DNA of 64,000 nucleotides. It comes from Eledone cirrhosa. Lineage: Eukaryota. Location of the stretch: NCBI GenBank assembly GCA_964016885.1, contig OZ024749.1, positions 54,126,001 through 54,190,000 on the forward strand, read 5' to 3'. The notes under the pieces were generated by a model that did no database searches, was not told where the DNA came from, and saw only the letters and a program-made list of their open reading frames with translations. Below are positions 56,072-64,000 of this stretch, one piece after another; position 1 is the first letter of the stretch, and the number at the start of each line of letters is the position of its first letter. Made by a program: the position numbers and the translations under genes.

Positions 56072-56684
56072 GTATAACTGAACAAAAAAGAAGAAAAACT
56101 AACACAGACATATACATACATGTGTTCAAATCGTAAGGGACCAGAATCGCTAAGGTGAAAATATACTAACTACAGACAATAGGGTTTGCTAGGCTCAATT
56201 TAAGAATAAATCAAGAAAAATAAATACAAACCAGTATTGTTATATATATATACACACACACACTTACATATATATAGATGTATACATGCATACATATAGT
56301 CTAAGAAGATGAAGATAGTGATGGTGATAATGGTGGTGGTGGTGGTGATGTTGGTGGTGGAGGTGATGGTGATGGTGATGATCATGATGATGATGATGAT
56401 GGAGAAAGTGATGTTGGTGGTGATGGTGATGATGATCATGGAGAAAGTGATGATGGTGGTGATGAAGATGGAGAAAGTGATGATGATGGTGGTGGTGGTG
56501 GTGGTGAAAGTTACCACCATTTGAACCACAGTATCAAAGCAGTGTAGTACTAAATATAAAACTAGTATGACCACAAATCAATGTCTTATGTAACATCTTG
56601 TTTTCTTTGGTTGCTTAGTAAACTGTGTATATATGTGTGTGTATATATGTGTGCATGTTATATATATATATATATATATATATA

Positions 56685-56785
56685 CAGGGTGTCCCCCAAA
56701 CATATATACACACTTTGATTACCTGTACAGGCAATATTTATAAGAGTGCACAGCCTTTGTGCATACATTTTTTGGGGACACCCTG
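56685..56785. mobile_element. Tiny Tc1/mariner-type MITE
   Basis: TA|cagggtgtcccc...ggggacaccctg|TA. Confidence 0.75.
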
Positions 56786-56854
56786 TATGCGTATATATAT
56801 ATATAACCCATGCTAGCGTGGAAGATGGACGTTAAATGAAGATGATGATGATGA

Positions 56855-56906
<52 letters not shown>

Positions 56907-57088
56907 AAAGAGTATGGATATTCCAACAGGCACTAAGTATCTACAGAAATATGCATGGTGTTTATAATAGTTGTGGTTCGATGGAACTAACTTGAGATAC
57001 CAGAACTATAAAAATGAGCGGAACAAGTAATCATCAAAGAATCTTTTAAATAAATTAAAAAACAATTTAAATATTCACCTGTTCTGTT

Positions 57089-57168
57089 GCCGTTACCGAC
57101 GATTTCACTAATCAAAAGATTGGAAATTCAAAGAATTTCCAATGGAAAGAATTAGATCTTCAGACAGC
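57089..57168 (-). ncRNA. Type I hammerhead ribozyme fold
   Basis: Minus strand: gctgt-CTGAAGA-tctaatt...attggaaattc(ttt)gaatttccaat...gattagt-GAAA-tcgtcgg-TA|acggc; 11-bp perfect distal stem II; begins at the (TA)n boundary. Confidence 0.7.
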
Positions 57169-57180
57169 TATATATATATA

Positions 57181-57229
<49 letters not shown>

Positions 57230-57230
57230 C

Positions 57231-57383
57231 AAAAAGTATGACCCCGACGGCAGAGCTCATGCCGTTTCGACGGCTATTTCTGCCGTCGGGGTCATACTTT
57301 TTCCTATTTCCCACTCTACTACCCTAAATATTGAGTACTCTGGTTCGTTATGGTCCATCTGGTTCCTTACCACAATTCGTTTG

Positions 57384-57386
<3 letters not shown>
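57231..57386 (+). mobile_element. Family A element with a different fold-back junction
   Basis: Inverted arm joined to ctgccgtcgggg; between (TA)n tracts. Confidence 0.82.
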
Positions 57387-57422
<36 letters not shown>

Positions 57423-57572
57423 GATAAATCTACCAAGAGTTTACGGTAGTGTCCAATCCGTATGAAGAACTCAATGTATTCCGGATATAACACATATATA
57501 CCCTAGAAACGATCGTTAAATAGTGAACTTTTTTTGTTTAATATAAGGAATTGTTTGTTCATTATTTGTTTA

Positions 57573-57612
<40 letters not shown>

Positions 57613-57980
57613 AATATATATATAAACGATGATGATGATATTAATACACATATATTTACACATATATTTACACACATATATATTCATACATGTATTTATA
57701 CACATATATTTATACATGGACATGTTCATGTATATGTATACACATATATTATATAGACAAATATGGAATATCTGCTGTACACATAGAGTTAACATATAAT
57801 GGTGCACTAACGGGAAGTAATGATAGTGATAATAATAATAATAATGATAGTGGTAATAATAATAATAATGATAGTGATAATAATAATGATAATGATTTCA
57901 TTTATTGGCCATTAGGGCCAACTAATAATAGTAATAATAATAATAAATTTCGTTATTATAAATTTGTTCAGTAACTAAAA

Positions 57981-58025
<45 letters not shown>

Positions 58026-58406
58026 TTATATATATGCATATATCTATATATACACCTATATATACACCTATATATACACATATATATAGCTGCATATATA
58101 CATATATCTACACATACCTATATATATATATATACACATATACATACATACATACCTATATATGTATATATACACATATACATACATACCTATATATGTA
58201 TATACATACATATATATATATACATACATACCTAAATATGTATATACATACATATATATATATACATACATACCTAAATATGTATATACATACATATATA
58301 TATCTATATATATATACATACATATATATATATACATATATATATATATACATACATATACATATATATATATAGGTGAAGCAGACATTAAAATGACAAT
58401 GAATGA

Positions 58407-58455
<49 letters not shown>

Positions 58456-58733
58456 TATAGATAGATGTAAATTCAATGCTTTTGTGTAGATATGTAGATA
58501 CAGGGAAAAGCGAGAAAGAGAGGGATGTGACTATTATTGAATAGGTAGATGTGTAGAATGTATTGGTGGTGGCGCTACTGGTGTCAATATTCCATGAATA
58601 GGAAGAAAATGGAAACTGGCAGAAAAGGAAACAATACTGTACATACACATACATATTACATAGTTATAGTTAAACTCTTGTCGCTGTAGGATATATATAT
58701 ATATATGTATGTATATATATATATATATATATG

Positions 58734-58783
<50 letters not shown>

Positions 58784-59187
58784 TATAGTATTACTAATCA
58801 TTCTATAGGTTGCTGTCTCTTGCAGTAAAACGTCATTAATAAATTATTAGAGTTGGAAGATTATAGAATTAATGTGAAAGTCACTGCAGGGAACTGCTTC
58901 TGTACCCAGGGGTAGAGTCAATATAACTATAGCAGAGTATGCTTTATGTGTAGGACTACCGGAGACCAGACTAGGCTTCGGCTCCGGCTTGGGCTTGGGC
59001 TTGGGTTGGCTTTTTAGTTACTCTCCCTTTCCCTCTCTAACTCTCTCTTGCTACCACCACCCCTCTTTCTCTCTCTCTCTACTTTCACTTTCTACCACCC
59101 TTATTCAATCTATATTTCTATCTAATCCTGCTCTCGCTCACTTTCTCTTCTCCCTCTGACTCGCCATCACTCTTTCATTTCATTTCA

Positions 59188-59234
<47 letters not shown>

Positions 59235-59235
<1 letters not shown>

Positions 59236-59548
59236 CGTTGGTACCACAACATCCAGTCCAAATAAATGAGATCGAGATCGAGATCGAGATCGTGCAGGTG
59301 TCACGAGAAAAAAAAAAAACACAGTCCACACTGTAATGTGGTCGTGTAGGTAACACGGTAAAAAGTTCCCAGTTCCACACTGTAAATGTGGTTGGTGTTA
59401 GGAAGGGCATCCAGCCATAGAAAACCTGCCAGATAGTCCTATATGAGCGAGACACGGTCACCCGACCAGCCTTGCCTCATGTGGGACAACTCCTGTCTAA
59501 CCCATGCTAGCATAGAAGATAGATGTTAAACGAAGATGATGATGATGA

Positions 59549-59551
<3 letters not shown>
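59235..59551 (+). mobile_element. RTE 3' UTR fragment
   Basis: Matches the UTR at 36285-36558. Confidence 0.75.
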
Positions 59552-59603
<52 letters not shown>

Positions 59604-60605
59604 TTCATCATCATCATCATTTTACGTCCGCTCTTCCCTGCTTGCAAATATTATATATATATATATATAATATATATTATATATATATATAATATATATT
59701 ATATAATATATATTATATATATATAATATATATCATATATATAATATATATTATATATATATAATATATATTATATATATATATATATAATATATATTAT
59801 ATATATATATATATAATATATATTATATATAATACATTTATATATATATATATAATATATATTATATATATATTACATTTATATATATATGCATGCATAT
59901 ATATATATGCATGCATATATATATATAAATGTATATATATTATATATAATACATTTATATATATATATGCATGCATATATATAAATGTATATATATTATA
60001 TATAATACATTTATATATATATATGCATGCATATATATATATATAAATGTATATATATTCATCAATGTTTTCATATTTATATTATTTCAAATAGTGTTGT
60101 TGCTGTTGTTGTTTCTTTTTTTCATGTTTTATGTTTGTTAATATATTAATATTCATTTCTCTCCACCAATTTTCATTAAATTACAATTTTTAAATAGTTT
60201 CTGAATAAGATTAATAAGACTGTAGCACTTTCAAAATAAACATATCAAATGCGTTTCAGAAATTTAATAAAATTACCTGCAGTGTTTATCACATAATTTC
60301 TAATTTATTTATTTTATATCCTTTCAATTTAGATTTTCACTTTAAACCAACTTTAGCTAGAGCCACTACACTATTGCCTATCACTATGCTATTCTTTTAG
60401 ATAAATTTTACCTCAGAGCTATGAAATTTGAGAATAAATTCTACAATAATTTCTCCTCTGGGTTTGAACAATTTATTGCATAACTGTCATTTTAATGGAA
60501 AATTAAAATTAAAAAAAACCAGTTATAAAGAGATTTTACTGAATTTGTTTTTATTATATTTTTATTTTTTGGCTTGCTTGTTTGAAATTTGCTCATTTAT
60601 AAGTT

Positions 60606-60663
<58 letters not shown>

Positions 60664-61250
60664 ATATACATACACACACATATACTCACACACACACGTA
60701 TATATATATATATAATATGTATTATATATGATGTTAAAATGATGATGATGATGATGATGATATATATATATATAAAGAGAAAGAAAGTGATAGGTATGTA
60801 GTTATATATACAGAGAGAGCCATATATACCTCAGAGAGAGCCATATATATAAAGAGTGATGTGCTCAGGTGGAGAGATATGATAAAACAGCTTATAAAAT
60901 AGAGTGAAGACTCATAGAGATGGAAAAAGTTGCCACTGGTATCTGGGAGATACGAGGTTCAATTCCTTGTAGCAGCCAATGGCAACTCCTTTTTCCATCT
61001 CGTAGGAAAATGTTATAGCATCTGTACACTTGAGCACACCTCTCTTTATATATGCATATATACATACATATATATATATACACGGGGTAACAGATTATTG
61101 TTATAGGTAGTCCACTTAGGTGTAATCCAGTTAGGGTACTCCGAGTGGTGGATGATATCATCGCTTGGCTAAGTTTGACTCAACAAGGCGTTTCCATAGT
61201 GATGCTGCGAGTACGCAGTGATTTCTATATTGTTAACACTTGGAGTAATG

Positions 61251-61590
61251 ATAAATCAGGAAAGAAGAGTGACATGGTTTGCTATACAAAAAAGGTTTTT
61301 AATCTCATTGCTGACAATTGTTTCTCTGAACTGGTAGGTCTAGAGATCGCTACCCGCTTGTTTTCACGTCATTCGATCACCAATATATAGTTATAACCAG
61401 TCAATTCATCAGAGCATTCTCACAAGCTCTGATGAATTGACTGGTTACAACTATATATTGGTGATCGAATGACGTGAAAACAAGCGGGTAGCGATCTCTA
61501 GACCTACCAGTTCAGAGAAACAATTGTCAGCAATGAGATTAAAAACCTTTTTTGTATAGCAAACCATGTCACTCTTCTTTCCTGATTTAT
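61251..61590. repeat. Near-perfect inverted repeat, 165-bp arms, 10-nt spacer
   Basis: Arms 61251-61415 and 61426-61590; one mismatch seen (ttataacc vs ggttacaa); the ORF track shows the same peptide on both strands. Confidence 0.95.
61418..61538 (+). ncRNA. Type I hammerhead ribozyme fold with large stem II loop (mirror copy on minus strand 61310..61415)
   Basis: tctca-caa-gct-CTGATGA-attgactggt...accagttcaga-GAAA-caattg-TC|agc-aa-tgaga; palindromic acaattgt stem III, GUC triplet. Confidence 0.7.
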
Positions 61591-61616
61591 ATATATATAT
61601 ATATCTATATATATAT

Positions 61617-61645
<29 letters not shown>

Positions 61646-61647
<2 letters not shown>

Positions 61648-61787
61648 ACAAAGAAAGTGTGGTAAAATACCAGGTGGACCATAATGCGGCAGAGTAACCG
61701 ATACTTAGGGTAGTAGAGTGGGTAATAGGAAAAGAGTCGGGATCCCCGATGGCTGAGCTCCAGCCATTTCGACAGCTAGATCTGAAT
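61646..61787 (-). mobile_element. Family A element, diverged
   Basis: gtggtaaaataccaggtggaccataat...gatacttagggtagtagagtggg...catttcgacagctag. Confidence 0.75.
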
Positions 61788-62632
61788 TGAGAGAGAGGTG
61801 GGAAAGGGAGAGTCTGTACTGCTGAGACTGGGGAGACCACTAACCATGGGAGTACTCAATGCATGGGGAGATGCAGAGTGGGTATAGAGATATGTGTGTA
61901 TATATATACATATATATATACACACATATATGATATTCAATACACACACACACATACATATATGTTAATGATGTTGATTTGGTTGATGATGAAGATGTTG
62001 ATGATGGTGGTGGCAATGATGATGGTCATGATGATGATGGTGGCAATGATAACATTTGTTCCACCATTACTGTTAGCGCTACCATTACCGTTATATATTA
62101 CAGAAAGCTGTAAACGTGTTAATGAATATATAATTGTCAGATAAAATAATTCAAAACTAATTTGGATTCATTATCCTCTAATGATACCAACAACAACAAC
62201 AACAACAAATAAATAAGACAATATATATATATATACATATATATATACATATATATATATATATAAATATATATTTATATGTATGTATAAATATATATAT
62301 ATGTGTGTGTTACATATTAAGATATAGAATCAACTAAATTTTAATTTCATTATAAATTAAATTGGTATTTGTAATAAAATTAGAAATGCGTCCAATAAAA
62401 CATATTTCCGAAGCTGTCATTTAATAGATTTAATAAATTTAATAAATGAGAAAACTCGAAAAAATTATTGTTACAGTAAAGAGAAAAGAGGAAAAAACTT
62501 GAATAAATTTGTTCATTTGATAAGAATCAATTCTCTGTCTCTCTCTGTCTTTCTCTCTCTGTCTTTCTCTCTCAGAACAACTTGGCTCTGGTACAACATC
62601 TTTGCAAAACATTTGTATGATACAAGAGGGAG

Positions 62633-62850
62633 GGGTAGATTGATAGTAATTGGTCAAGTGTCAGACAACATGCTTTGAGGCATAGAGTTATGGTCCTCTA
62701 TAGTCTGAGTTCAAATCCCGTCAAAGTTAGCTTTGCTTTTCATCCTTACAGGGTCGATAAAATAAAGTACCAGTAATGTACTGGGTTCGATTTAATTAAC
62801 TTTCCTCTCCCAAAAAATTGTTAACCTTGTGTTTAAATCAAAAACCATTC
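62633..62850 (+). mobile_element. tRNA-derived SINE (Nin/Deu-like core)
   Basis: gagttcaaatccc B-box plus core. Confidence 0.75.
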
Positions 62851-63269
62851 CATTATCCTGAAAGGATTGTAAGGGCAGAGCCCTCAAAGACTCCTTCCAG
62901 TGGATCTTGTCAGAAGCAGCCATTGCCAACTGATCCTGCTGGATCCCCAAGCAAGATTCCAACAGAGCTCATGGATGTTGTCCAGCCATCTGGCTCAGGG
63001 CCTACCCATGGATCTCTTGCCTGTTGACTTTGCTCATAAAATCTGTCCTGTGTTTCTTTCTTTAGACATTCTAACCACAAGCTTGTAGCATCAGAACTGT
63101 GATGTAATGAAGTAGCAGCTCTATTTTAAGCAATTCCTTCATCTCTGAGTTATGCATTCTATCGAGAAATGTTAGACTCTTCGGAGAAAACCCCTTATGC
63201 AAATTATGTAATTATGTAACTAAGAAAAAATTCATACAATATGTGAAGCCATATGTTCTAATGTTTAGG

Positions 63270-63740
63270 ATGCTTCACATAAGATCACAATGTTGTTGGT
63301 TCAAATCCTGGACAGACTGCTGTGTTGTATTCATACTGCTTCAGTACACTCAGCTGAGAGTGAGTTCCAGCAGTAGCTGGAGGAGTTAATCATATGATAG
63401 ACTGGCGCCCTATCCAGGGAAAGTCTTGTACTCCCAGTCACTTAGCTCCAAGGAAATCAGAGTTAAGCACCGTCCTGAGGAAACTTTGGATTAAAAAGTC
63501 AAGACTAAAGTTTATCACGAGTCCGGAAGCTCATCAGACAAGTTCTTATCCCATGGTTTTCATGGTGTGAAGCGACTGAAAGTATGACTCACCCTTGACA
63601 GGAAGTTCAGTCTATTGCAGGGTTAATACCCCCCAGCTATTGCTGGTACTCATTTGATGCAACATGAAACACACAACCCAGTCTAGGAATCGAACCTATG
63701 ACATTATTATCGTAAGTCCACCACCCTTACCACTAGGCAA
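63270..63740. mobile_element. Tail-to-tail inverted pair of second-family SINEs
   Basis: ~63270-63505 (+) and ~63515-63740 (-). Confidence 0.65.
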
Positions 63741-64000
63741 CAAGGAACAGACTTTATCTAAGCTTTAATACATCTCAGTGTTGTATTTGTCTGTCAAGTG
63801 ACTTGATCTGGGACCAGGTGTTGAAATTAAATCAATTACTACGCAGAGAGTCAAACCATTAAAAACACACAGAAACTGGTACCGTCACTTCATATAAATA
63901 TCACTTATTTCTGAAATGTATTTAAATGATTAAACTTAGAAATAGAGAAGGTATTAATTTCTTTATATAAGTATATATATATTTAATGTATTTATTTAAC

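Noticed and set aside
63510-63545. Minus-strand CTGATGA-gc
   Set aside because: Part of the SINE tail; no GAAA/stem III follows.

Overview
AT-rich, microsatellite-saturated eukaryotic DNA. The SINE/LINE families resemble those of octopod cephalopods (inference from memory of repeat families, no search run). Only one host coding exon is recognisable: the first coding exon of an LHFPL6/LHFP-like tetraspan gene on the minus strand (52373..51992, ending at CAG|GTAAGT). Its remaining exons were not found, so much of 1..51991 may be one long intron. The rest is tRNA-derived SINEs, 3' remnants of RTE, R4/Dong and CRE-like LINEs, piggyBac- and mariner-type MITEs, TE-derived minisatellites and simple repeats. 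The long ORFs in the track are microsatellite artefacts. The most striking signal is a set of short, non-coding, (TA)n-associated elements from several unrelated families carrying type I hammerhead ribozyme folds (stem I-CUGANGA-stem II-GAAA-often palindromic stem III-NUH). About eleven have both core halves and about ten more have only the 3' half. Many are fold-back inverted repeats whose junction lies at or in the ribozyme, and many share a downstream ACTC...GAGTRCT motif. They look like non-autonomous Penelope-like/retrozyme-type elements. All folds were paired by eye and no activity is demonstrated.
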